This document shows positions 46,473 to 55,923 of a stretch of DNA of 64,000 bases, in pieces (position 1 is the first letter of the stretch; every line of letters begins with the position of its first letter). This DNA is from Planctomycetota bacterium (GTDB lineage: Bacteria > Planctomycetota > UBA11346). A program made the position numbers and the translations under genes. Below the pieces are notes generated by a model. The model was not told the origin of the DNA, ran no database searches, and was given only the letters and a program-made list of their open reading frames with translations. The DNA lies in NCBI GenBank assembly GCA_038213805.1, contig JBBQSO010000013.1, positions 1 to 64,000 on the forward strand, written 5' to 3'.

Positions 46473-48533
46473 ATGGTCGTCGGCAAGGGAGTGGAGCGGA
46501 GTATCTGCGGGCTCGTGCTCGTCTGCCTGCTGCTGGCCGTCGCTGTGGTCACCAGCGGGGCCGTGGAGCCGCTGGGTGCGGAGCGCCGCTCCGCGCTCAC
46601 CGCCCTGCACCGGGATCTGGTCGCTGCGCGCGACGTGTGGAGCGCGCTGCAGGTGGAAGCCCTCGCCCGGACGCGCGGCCTGGCGTTGCCGCCGGTGCTC
46701 GGCGCATCGCGCATCATCGGCGACCCGCTGTTCGCCTTTCCGATGAGCATCGACCGTTGCTGGGAAGGTGGCGGCTGGACCGTGGTGTGGGCCTGCGATC
46801 GACTGTACTTCCTGGGCCTCGACGGCTGCCCGCTGGCCCCATCGCACCAGCTTGGACGAGCGCCGATGCGGGTCGGCCTGTCCCGCGACGGCCGCTGCAT
46901 CTGCACCATCGACCATGCGGAGCACGGCCCCTGGCGGTTGGCGGGCACCCGCCTGGGCGATGGCGCCGCGACCCTGCGCGCCGAGATCCCCGAGCAGGAC
47001 GGCGACTTCTATGCCAGCGAACCCCTGCTGTCCGACGATGGCGGTTCGATCATGTTCTTCGTCCTGCGCCGTGCCCCCCCGGACGGCCACGACGAGTTCC
47101 GCACCATCGTGGTCGCGCCGGGCGGCGTGCAGGTGATCGGCGCAGCGCTCGGCGAACTCGGCCTCGGGCCGGCGGGCGCATGGGCGGCGGTGTGGAACCA
47201 GGAATTGAAGCGCTCCGAGCTGCGCACCCAGGGACGGGTCAAGCCCTTCTCCAAGATCGCGTGTGGCGGGGGCACTGCTGCCTGCGGCGATCAGAATGGC
47301 GTGCAGGTGGTGAGGCCGGACGGCAGCCTGGTCGATATGCCCGTGCCCTTCCCGCTCGGCAATAATCCCGAACTGCTCTCCGTGGGCGACTGGCTGGTCA
47401 TCGGCGCGGACGTGGCCGAGGGAGCATGCGTCGCGTTCTATCGCTGGTCCGAGGTCGCCGCCGACCCGCGCGCACCCCCGGTACGCGTGGTCGAGGGCCG
47501 CTGCAGCGCGGCCAACCGCGATCCCAACGCGCTGTGGCTGTTCCGTGGACGCGACTACGCGATCGTGGACTGCAGCGGTGCGACGCTGCGCATCACGCCG
47601 CTCGGCGTTGCGACGGAAACCATCCAGATGATCAGCGACGAGTTCGACCGCTGCCTGGTGCGCTACGCGGGCGGCGTCCTGGTCTGCGACCCGGCCGGCG
47701 CCGAGCTGTGGCGCGGCACATGCAATGGCTGGTACCTCATCAACCGCGACCTGCTGGTGATCCGGCGCGACCGCGACGCGCAAGCGCCGCATCAGCTGGT
47801 GCGCCTCGCGCGGGATCCGCGCGAGCGTGCGGAACTGCCGCTGCCGCTGGACAAGCGCGCCTGGCGGCTGCTCTACGACCACACCCACGCCGTCATCAGC
47901 GCGCGCTGCGACCGCGCCTGGGAGCGCATCGATCCGCGCAGCGGTCGCGTGGTGGCGCACGCGGAAGCCGACGAGCCGCCCTTCGAGAGCATCGTCGAGC
48001 GCGCCGGACGCCGGGTGGTCGCCTCCGCCCGGCTGCGCGCGCGTGGGCCGGCGCCGGACCGCGTCGAGGAGCGCCTGCTGTGCACGGACGCGTGGCAGAA
48101 CGCGGGCACGACCACCATCATCGGCGGCGGCGCCCATCTGCTCACCCGCGACCGCAACGGCCAGTGGGCCGACCACGGCTCTTTCGATGGCGCCATGCGC
48201 CTGGGCAACGATTCGCGCGGCCGCCTGGCGCTGACGCCGCACGCCATGGTCTACCTCGGCTCCATCGTACCCGCCGGCGAGCGGCTCACGCTGGTCAAGG
48301 ATCCCACGGTCACGGTGGATGACCTCCCGGCCGGTGACTGGCAGGTGCAGCGCGATGGCACCTACACACCGCCCGGCGGCCGGGCACTGCGCTGGGACGA
48401 GACGGCCGGCTCGCACCCGCTCACCCTGCGCGCCCCGACCCGCGGCGCGCTGCTCGCGGTCACGGCGAGCGCGATCCTCGAATTGACGCCGGCGGCGGCC
48501 ACGCTGCTGGGACGGCCCGTGGAGACGCGATGA
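46473..48533 (+). CDS. Exported hypothetical protein (kinase-partner family, copy 1)
   Basis: N-terminal hydrophobic signal; full-length paralog of 51273..53336; ATGA overlap with the kinase gene. Confidence 0.8.
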   Translation: MVVGKGVERSICGLVLVCLLLAVAVVTSGAVEPLGAERRSALTALHRDLVAARDVWSALQVEALARTRGLALPPVLGASRIIGDPLFAFPMSIDRCWEGGGWTVVWACDRLYFLGLDGCPLAPSHQLGRAPMRVGLSRDGRCICTIDHAEHGPWRLAGTRLGDGAATLRAEIPEQDGDFYASEPLLSDDGGSIMFFVLRRAPPDGHDEFRTIVVAPGGVQVIGAALGELGLGPAGAWAAVWNQELKRSELRTQGRVKPFSKIACGGGTAACGDQNGVQVVRPDGSLVDMPVPFPLGNNPELLSVGDWLVIGADVAEGACVAFYRWSEVAADPRAPPVRVVEGRCSAANRDPNALWLFRGRDYAIVDCSGATLRITPLGVATETIQMISDEFDRCLVRYAGGVLVCDPAGAELWRGTCNGWYLINRDLLVIRRDRDAQAPHQLVRLARDPRERAELPLPLDKRAWRLLYDHTHAVISARCDRAWERIDPRSGRVVAHAEADEPPFESIVERAGRRVVASARLRARGPAPDRVEERLLCTDAWQNAGTTTIIGGGAHLLTRDRNGQWADHGSFDGAMRLGNDSRGRLALTPHAMVYLGSIVPAGERLTLVKDPTVTVDDLPAGDWQVQRDGTYTPPGGRALRWDETAGSHPLTLRAPTRGALLAVTASAILELTPAAATLLGRPVETR

Positions 48534-51043
48534 GCACGCGCGCGCCGGATCCGTTCCTAGGATTCAGCAACGGGCAGCTGCGCTTCGATGCGCTGCTCGG
48601 GCGCGGCGCCATGGGCGCGGTCTACCGCGGTCGCCAGCTCGGTCTCGACCGCGAGGTGGCGATCAAGATCATCGCGCCGCATCTCGCTGACGATCAGCAA
48701 TACCTGGAGCGCTTCCGCCGCGAAGCGCAGGCGCTGGGGCGGCAGGTCCACCCGCACATCATCACCTGCCATGACGTCGGCCCATGCGTGGGGCCGGATG
48801 GCGGCACGGTGATCGCCATGGTCCTTGAGTTCGTCGATGGCTCGAGCCTGGGCGAGCTCATGCAGCGCGGGCGGCTGACAGTGCGCACCGTCTTGGAGCT
48901 GCACGCGCAGGCGGCAAGCGGACTGGCCGCGGCGCACCGGCTCGGCATCATCCACCGCGACATCAAACCCGACAACATCATGGTCACGCGCACGGGCTCC
49001 GCCAAGCTCGCGGACTTCGGTTTGGCGCGGCACGACGACTCGGCGACCATGACCACCAGCGGCACGATGCTGGGCAGCCCCGCGTACATGTCGCCGGAGG
49101 CGTGCCGCGGAGAACGCGTCGGCGCGCGCGGCGACATCTACAGCCTGGGCTGCTCGCTGTTCCACGCCTTGACCGGCCGCACCCCCTACGAGACCGGCAA
49201 CAGCTTCGCCGCGATCCGCCACCACACCTCGTCGCCGATTCCCGAGATCCGTGAACGCCGGCCCGACCTGGCCGGTCTCGATCCCATCCTCAAGCGGCTG
49301 CTCGCCAAATCCGAGGACGGGCGCCCGGCGGATGCCGCTTTGGTGGCCAGGGAGCTCGCCGAGCTCGCCCGCGCGCTGCCGGGGGACGCGCTGGCGGGCC
49401 GGATGGATCCCACCGCGCACGCCGACATCCCATTGGCGAGGACGCTGATCGCGGACCCTGTCCCGGTGAACGCCGCGCCACGCCGCAGCGGACGCGATCG
49501 CGCGGACGCCCGCCCCGGACCGCCCGCGACGCGCGGGACGACCACGCCCCGTGCCCGCTGGCGGCGCGATCTGGCCTTCATCGCCGTGATCGCCGGCTGC
49601 CTGATGGGCGGCGGTGCGATCCTGACTTGGCGGGGCGGCGGTGGGACGGCGGCCGCGCCCCCGGCGAGCGGCGCGAACGAGGCCCAGGCCCTGGCTCTCG
49701 CTGCGGCCCTCGCCGAGATCGAGGGCCTGATCGCGGAAAAGCGCCTGGCCGAGGCAGCACAGCGGCTCGCTGACGTGGGTCCCGCCGACGCGGGCGAAGG
49801 CCGGATCACGCCCGCCCTGGCCGAACTGATACAGCGGCTCGCCCGGGTGAAAGCGGAGTTGAGCGAGGCGGGCTTCAGCCCGACGCGGCCGCCACCATCT
49901 CCGCATGCGCCCGCGGCACCGGCCGCCCACAGCGAAACCGTGGGCGTACGCGGCCCGGCTCCCGCCATCCCGGCGGAACCGCTGGCGCAACCGCTCGTCC
50001 AGCTCGTGCCCGGCATCGATTTGGTCGGGTGGGCAGCGCCGCCGGGCTTTGCCGGGCTGCCCGATCGCCTGCCGGGCGGCGGTGGCGCGGTCGTGCTGAG
50101 CGGCTATCCGTCAGCCGGCGGTGCGGCGGGATGGGAAAGCGAGGGGCGCCAGGTGCTGACCCTGCGCGTGCCGGAAGGGCGGCGTGGCGGCAACCTGTTG
50201 CTGCTGGTGACGGGCCAGCAGGCAGGACGCCCGCTCGCGATCACCGCGATCATGGGAACCACGCGCCAACCGCTGCCTGGGACGGTGCTGGCTTCCGGCG
50301 GGTGGGATCTGGTGCGCATCGCCGTGCCGGCGGCTGACCATGAGGTCGAGGTCGCCGCGTCGGGCGACCTGCGTCTGGCGGTGGCGCGCGCCGTGTGGGC
50401 GCCCGAGGGCGTCCCAGCACCATCGCCTGCGGCTGCACACATCATCCCCGGCACGCTGCAGCGGCTGGTGGCCGATGAGTACCGTTTCCCGACCACGCTG
50501 GCGAGCGTGGACGTGGCATTGCGTCGCGCCCGCGCCGCCGGGCACGGGCACCGCTCCATGCTTGCCATCCCTGCTGCCGATCGCTTTGCGGCGGGCGTGG
50601 CAGCGACGCTGGGCCGGGCACTGGCGGAAAGCGATGTCCCGGTGATGACCTACACGGGAGGCATCGTGCTGGATCCGGACAAGGTGTCGGCGCGCATGGC
50701 GGATCGCGACCTTCTGTTCGTCTACATCTCCACGGCCGCCCCCTGCCAGCTCGGGTCGGCGTTCGGCGCGCTGTGCCACGATTTGGTCGCGGGCGGCCAC
50801 GTGCCGGTGCCGATTCTGGGCCCGGAAGCATGGCAGGGCGGCGCCCGCGAAGGCTGGGATCGGCTGCTGGAAGACTTGGCGCATGCGGTCGCGGGCCTGC
50901 CGGTGATCGATCTGCGGCAGGTACCGCTCTTCCAGGCGCGGCATCAGCTGCCCCTAGGGCTGCTGGACCCGACCGTACAGGAGCTGATCTCCTGTGGCCT
51001 GATCGCCGGCGTGCAGGATTTGCAGGCGCGCCTCGCGTGGTAG
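48530..51043 (+). CDS. Transmembrane Ser/Thr protein kinase (copy 1 of tandem module)
   Basis: GRGAMGAVY, HRDIKPDN, DFG, GSPAYMSPE; TM segment FIAVIAGCLMGGGAILTW. Confidence 0.93.
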   Translation: MSTRAPDPFLGFSNGQLRFDALLGRGAMGAVYRGRQLGLDREVAIKIIAPHLADDQQYLERFRREAQALGRQVHPHIITCHDVGPCVGPDGGTVIAMVLEFVDGSSLGELMQRGRLTVRTVLELHAQAASGLAAAHRLGIIHRDIKPDNIMVTRTGSAKLADFGLARHDDSATMTTSGTMLGSPAYMSPEACRGERVGARGDIYSLGCSLFHALTGRTPYETGNSFAAIRHHTSSPIPEIRERRPDLAGLDPILKRLLAKSEDGRPADAALVARELAELARALPGDALAGRMDPTAHADIPLARTLIADPVPVNAAPRRSGRDRADARPGPPATRGTTTPRARWRRDLAFIAVIAGCLMGGGAILTWRGGGGTAAAPPASGANEAQALALAAALAEIEGLIAEKRLAEAAQRLADVGPADAGEGRITPALAELIQRLARVKAELSEAGFSPTRPPPSPHAPAAPAAHSETVGVRGPAPAIPAEPLAQPLVQLVPGIDLVGWAAPPGFAGLPDRLPGGGGAVVLSGYPSAGGAAGWESEGRQVLTLRVPEGRRGGNLLLLVTGQQAGRPLAITAIMGTTRQPLPGTVLASGGWDLVRIAVPAADHEVEVAASGDLRLAVARAVWAPEGVPAPSPAAAHIIPGTLQRLVADEYRFPTTLASVDVALRRARAAGHGHRSMLAIPAADRFAAGVAATLGRALAESDVPVMTYTGGIVLDPDKVSARMADRDLLFVYISTAAPCQLGSAFGALCHDLVAGGHVPVPILGPEAWQGGAREGWDRLLEDLAHAVAGLPVIDLRQVPLFQARHQLPLGLLDPTVQELISCGLIAGVQDLQARLAW

Positions 51044-51272
51044 ACGCGAGACCAGGGCGCCAGTGGCCCGGTGCAGGGCCTGCTGTCGACGCAGTGAGGT
51101 GCGCCGCCAGGGGACGCAGCTGCTCCGTACCGTTGCCGCCTGGCACCGGATGCCCAGCGCGGGCAAGCGCGGCCCGCTCCTACGCCAGGCCGCCACTGGC
51201 GCCCACCCCATTCCGGTGCGATCCTAGCACCGGCCGATACGCAAAACTGCCCGCAACCGGGCTGGAGTTCCG

Positions 51273-53336
51273 ATGAGGTGCAGCGCAGTCGCGAGGTGGA
51301 TGGCAGGCGCGCTGCTGACGGCCGTCCTGTGCAGCCGTGACGCCTCCGCCGCTGCGGTGGAAGGTCTCGACCTCGACCGCCGGGCGCAGCTGACGACCCT
51401 CCATGACTCACTGGTGCACCAGCGCGACATCTGGAGCGCGTTGCAGCTTGAATCCTTCGCGCGCAAGCGCGGTCTGGAGCTGCCGCCTGCACTGGGCGAG
51501 GCGCGCATCATCGGCGATCCGCTGTTCGCCTTCCCGATGTCCATCTCCCGCGTCTGGGAAGGCACCAACTGGCAGGTGGTGTGGGCCCGCGACCGGCTCT
51601 ATTTCCTGCGCCCCGACGGCTGTCCCATCGCCCGTTCGCGCGGCCTCGGGCGCATCCCGCTGCGCATGGCGATGTCCGCCTACGCCCGCCACATCTGCAC
51701 CGTCGACCGCCAGGACAAAGGCCCCTGGATAGTGAGCGTAAGCCACACCCTCGACGGGACCGAGACCTTGCACTGCGAATTCCCCTCCCTGCCCGGCGAG
51801 GACTGGCTGCCCGAACCGACCCTCGCCGACGATGGCAGCGCGTTGGCGATGGTCATCAACCGCCATGACGCAGGTGGCCACGACCACTTCCGCCTGGTGA
51901 CCGTCAATGCGGACGGCGCGCACACCATCGACGAGGAACTCGGGGTGCTCGGGATCGGCCCCGGCAACGCGTGGCTGGCGGTGTGGAACCAGCGCCGCGA
52001 GCGCACTGAACTGCGCCTCGGCGGCAATGCGCTGCCATTCACAAAGATCCTCTGCGGCGGCGACACGGCGCTGTGCAGCGGGGACGGCCGACTCGGCCTG
52101 GCGCGCGGCGATGGCACCATCGCGCCGATGCCGGCCCCCTTCCCGCTGGGCCAGAACCCGCAGCTGCTCGCCTGCGGCGGATGGCTGGCTATCTGTTCCG
52201 ACCACGGCGAACCCTCACGCACCGCGTTCTACCGCTGGGCCGAGCTCGGCGCCGACCCCGCTGCCCCGCCTGTGCGCGTCGTCCCGGGCCATTGCTTCGA
52301 GTGCGTGCGCGATCCCGGGGCGCTGTGGCTGGCGGATGGACGCACCTACGCGAGCGTCGACTGCATGCATCGCGAAGGCCTGCGCTTCGCCACCCTGGGC
52401 ACCGCCCCCGACCCCGTGCAGATGATCACCGATTCTCTCGACCGCTGCCTGATCTCGATGGAGAGCGCGCAGCTGATCTGCGCGCCCGACGGCACCGAAC
52501 TGTGGCGCGGCCGCGCCGAGAGCTGCGCCGTGCTCACCGGCGACCTGCTCATGGTCCGCACCACCAGCGCCGGCAAGGCCCGACGGTCGCTGGTCCGCCT
52601 CGATCCCGACCCCGCGCAGCGCACCAGCCGACCGCTGGCGCTCGACGACCGCGACTGGCATATCACCTACGATCGAACTCATGACGCGGTCATGGCCCGC
52701 TGCGCCGACGACTGGCGGCGCTTCAATCCGGTCAGCGGCGTCGAGACCGCGCGCGCGACGCCCGGCGTGGCGATGGCGCCCTACAGTGACCTCACTGATC
52801 AGAAGGGCAGGCGCATCACCGACCTCGCCCGGCTGATCCCGCGCGGCCTTTCGCACCTCCCGTTCGCCGAGCGTCTGCTCGCCCACGACGTCTGGCGGTT
52901 GGCCGGAAACACCTACATCGCCACCCCCTACGAACACCTGCTTGAGATCGATGCTGCCGGCACGTGGACAGACCTCGGCCAAAGCGAGGGCAGCTCGCGC
53001 CTGGCCAGCGATGCGCGCGACCGCCTGGTGATGACCCGGCACACCGGCGAGACCCTGTCGGTCCTGGAGCGCGGCGGCGATGGCCGCATGCACCTCTCCC
53101 CCCTGCCGGACGCCCCGACCAAGGGTCTGCCCGATGGCTCCTGGCAGATCGGACGCGACCTGCAGTTCGCCGCCCCCGGCGGACAGCCGCTGAGCTGGGA
53201 TGATGCAGTCGGCTTCCGGCCGATCACCCTGCGCAATCCGTCCGGCAGCGGACTCTTGGCGGTCACGGAGTCGGTGATCATCGAGTTCACTCCCGCCACC
53301 GTGGGTCTGGTCACCAAGCACGCGGGTGCGCCATGA
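51273..53336 (+). CDS. Exported hypothetical protein (kinase-partner family, copy 2)
   Basis: Signal peptide; shares RD.WSALQ.E...RIIGDPLFAFPMSI with copy 1; ATGA overlap with the kinase gene. Confidence 0.8.
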   Translation: MRCSAVARWMAGALLTAVLCSRDASAAAVEGLDLDRRAQLTTLHDSLVHQRDIWSALQLESFARKRGLELPPALGEARIIGDPLFAFPMSISRVWEGTNWQVVWARDRLYFLRPDGCPIARSRGLGRIPLRMAMSAYARHICTVDRQDKGPWIVSVSHTLDGTETLHCEFPSLPGEDWLPEPTLADDGSALAMVINRHDAGGHDHFRLVTVNADGAHTIDEELGVLGIGPGNAWLAVWNQRRERTELRLGGNALPFTKILCGGDTALCSGDGRLGLARGDGTIAPMPAPFPLGQNPQLLACGGWLAICSDHGEPSRTAFYRWAELGADPAAPPVRVVPGHCFECVRDPGALWLADGRTYASVDCMHREGLRFATLGTAPDPVQMITDSLDRCLISMESAQLICAPDGTELWRGRAESCAVLTGDLLMVRTTSAGKARRSLVRLDPDPAQRTSRPLALDDRDWHITYDRTHDAVMARCADDWRRFNPVSGVETARATPGVAMAPYSDLTDQKGRRITDLARLIPRGLSHLPFAERLLAHDVWRLAGNTYIATPYEHLLEIDAAGTWTDLGQSEGSSRLASDARDRLVMTRHTGETLSVLERGGDGRMHLSPLPDAPTKGLPDGSWQIGRDLQFAAPGGQPLSWDDAVGFRPITLRNPSGSGLLAVTESVIIEFTPATVGLVTKHAGAP

Positions 53337-55903
53337 GCGCCGCGCCCGGCGACGGCGATCCGTTCGTCGGTTTCGCCAACGGCCAGCTGCGCTTCGAGGC
53401 CCTGCTCGGCCGCGGAGCGATGGGCGCGGTCTACCGCGGCCGCCAGCTCGGGCTCGACCGGCGGGTGGCGATCAAGATCATCACCCCGCACCTCGCGGAC
53501 GACGAGCTCTATCTCGAACGCTTCCGCCGCGAGGCGCAGGCGCTGGGCCGCCAGATCCACCCGCACATCATCACCTGCCACGACGTCGGGCCATGCCCCG
53601 GTCCCGAGGGGCGCACGGTGATCGCCATGGTCCTGGAATACGTCGACGGTGCGAGCCTGGGCACGCTGCTGCGCCAAGGGCCGCTGCGCGTGCGCGCCGT
53701 CCTCGAGCTGCACGCGCAGGCGGCGCTCGGGCTGGCCGCGGCGCACCGCCTCGGCATTGTCCACCGCGACGTCAAGCCCGACAACATCATGGTCACGCGC
53801 GACGGCGTGGCCAAGCTCGCCGACTTCGGGCTGGCGAAGGCCGACGGCCTCGCCGGCGTGACCACTAGCGGCACAATGATGGGCAGTCCGGCCTACATGT
53901 CGCCGGAGGCCTGCCGCGGCGAAGTGGTCACCGGCCGGGGCGACCTCTACAGCCTGGGCTGCTCGCTGTTCCATGCCCTGACCGGCAAGCCACCGTACGA
54001 CACCACCAACAGCTTCGCGGCGATCCGCCACCACACCACCTCGCCGGTGCCGGATCTCTGCGCCCGGCGCCCGGATCTGCACGCGCTCGAACCGGCCCTC
54101 AAGTGCCTGCTCGCCAAGCTTCCGGAGGAGCGGCCCGCGGACGGTCGGGAGGTCGCGAAGACGCTGCGCGCCCTGGCGGCCACGGTATCCGCCGATCTGC
54201 TGGCGGGGCGCCTCGACCCGACCGCGCATGGCGACATCCCTCAGGCCATGACACTGGTCGAGCTGCCGGCTGCAGTCCCGCGCACGACCCCGCACCAGGC
54301 CCAACCGGCCGCCGTCGCCGCCGCGCGTCTGACCAAGTCCCGCACGGCGCGGGGGCGGCGCGACCTGATCTTCCTCATGGTGGTGGCCGCGCTCGCCACC
54401 GCAGGTTTGGTCATCGCCATGCGCTCCCACCAATCCGCGCCCGCGCCGGAGCGATCGGTGACAGCGACCACTGGCGGACTGGACGAGTCGCAAGCCCTGG
54501 CCCTGGCTGAGACCCTGGCCACCGTCGAGGGCCTTATCGCCGAGCGTCGCCTGGAGGAGGCCGCGCGCGTGCTCGCCGCGCAGACCGCGGCCACCACCAT
54601 CGATGATCGTCAACTGCCGGCAGCGCTGAGTGGCCTCAGCCAACGCCTGGCGCGTGTCCGGGCCGAACTCTCGGCCGGCGGTCTGCCCACCACCACCAGC
54701 ACGGCCACCACCGGCACCGCCGGCACCGCCCGCCCTCAGGTTTCAGTCGTCGTACCCAGCGGTATGCGCGCGGCACCGGTGTGGCCGGCGACAGAACCCC
54801 TCGCCGCACCACTGGTCCAGCTGGTGCCGGGCCGTGACATCGCCGGCTGGCAGGTGCCTGCCGGCTATCCCACCCTGCCCGAATGCCTGCCGGGTGGCGG
54901 CGGGGCGGTGGTGCTCAGCGCCTTCGCACCTGGCGGCGATGCGGTCCGCACCGCGCGCGAGGGCCGGCAGGCGCTGACCCTGCGCCTGCCGGATGGTCGC
55001 CAGGGCGGGCGCCTGCTGGTGCTGCTCAATGGCCACTACGGCAAGCGCCAGCTCGAATGCACCGCCCTGGCCGGCACCCAGCGCCTGAGCCTGCCGGCGC
55101 AGACGCTTGGCCGTGGTTGGCAGCTCGTAAGCGCCGATCTCGCCACGTCGCCTCCGGCCCAGGGCCTGGAGATCGCCTCCTACAGCGACGCCCACCTGGC
55201 CGTGTCGCGCGCGGTGTGGTCGCCGGCAGCAGCCATCGCCGCGAGCGCCGCCCGCATCATCCCCGGCACCCTGCTCGCCTGCGGCACCGACGCCGGCCCG
55301 CTCAGCTTCGGCCTGGCGTCCATGCTCGAGCCGTGGCGGCGCAACCATGCCACCGGAGTCCGGCGGATCATCGCGCTACCTGCCGGCAGCGGCGGGGGCG
55401 AACGCGTGCCGGCAGCACTCACCCGCAACGTCGCCGGCACCCCCGGTGGCGTGATCCACCACGATGGCGCAGACTTCACGGCGGCCGCCACCGCGGCGCG
55501 CAGCGCCAAGGTTGACCAGCTGGTGATCCTGCTGCCGACCGTCGCCGCCTGCCCGCAGTTGCGTAGCACAATCGAAGTCTGCAGCGGCCTTGTCAGCGCT
55601 GGCATCCTGCCGGTGCTCGTGATCGGACCCGAGGCGTGGCAGGAGGATCGCCGAACAGGCTGGGACCAATTCCTGAGCGCGCTGGCGCACCGCTTCGCCG
55701 GCATACCCGTCATCGACCTGCGCCAAGTGCCGATGTTCCAGGCCCGGCACGAGCTGCCGACGGATCTCGGCGACGCAGGCGTCCAGGCACTGGTTGAGGC
55801 CGGCCTGGCAGCCGGCCTCCAGGACCTCCAGGCTCGCCTCGCGTGGCAGCTTCAGGAGCATCCCGGCGGCGGGATCGAGGGCGAGCTGCACATCGGCGAT
55901 TGA
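53333..55903 (+). CDS. Transmembrane Ser/Thr protein kinase (copy 2 of tandem module)
   Basis: HRDVKPDN, DFG, GSPAYMSPE; TM segment LIFLMVVAALATAGLVIAM. Confidence 0.93.
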   Translation: MSAAPGDGDPFVGFANGQLRFEALLGRGAMGAVYRGRQLGLDRRVAIKIITPHLADDELYLERFRREAQALGRQIHPHIITCHDVGPCPGPEGRTVIAMVLEYVDGASLGTLLRQGPLRVRAVLELHAQAALGLAAAHRLGIVHRDVKPDNIMVTRDGVAKLADFGLAKADGLAGVTTSGTMMGSPAYMSPEACRGEVVTGRGDLYSLGCSLFHALTGKPPYDTTNSFAAIRHHTTSPVPDLCARRPDLHALEPALKCLLAKLPEERPADGREVAKTLRALAATVSADLLAGRLDPTAHGDIPQAMTLVELPAAVPRTTPHQAQPAAVAAARLTKSRTARGRRDLIFLMVVAALATAGLVIAMRSHQSAPAPERSVTATTGGLDESQALALAETLATVEGLIAERRLEEAARVLAAQTAATTIDDRQLPAALSGLSQRLARVRAELSAGGLPTTTSTATTGTAGTARPQVSVVVPSGMRAAPVWPATEPLAAPLVQLVPGRDIAGWQVPAGYPTLPECLPGGGGAVVLSAFAPGGDAVRTAREGRQALTLRLPDGRQGGRLLVLLNGHYGKRQLECTALAGTQRLSLPAQTLGRGWQLVSADLATSPPAQGLEIASYSDAHLAVSRAVWSPAAAIAASAARIIPGTLLACGTDAGPLSFGLASMLEPWRRNHATGVRRIIALPAGSGGGERVPAALTRNVAGTPGGVIHHDGADFTAAATAARSAKVDQLVILLPTVAACPQLRSTIEVCSGLVSAGILPVLVIGPEAWQEDRRTGWDQFLSALAHRFAGIPVIDLRQVPMFQARHELPTDLGDAGVQALVEAGLAAGLQDLQARLAWQLQEHPGGGIEGELHIGD

Positions 55904-55923
55904 GCCGCCCGGTGCGCGCGGCC

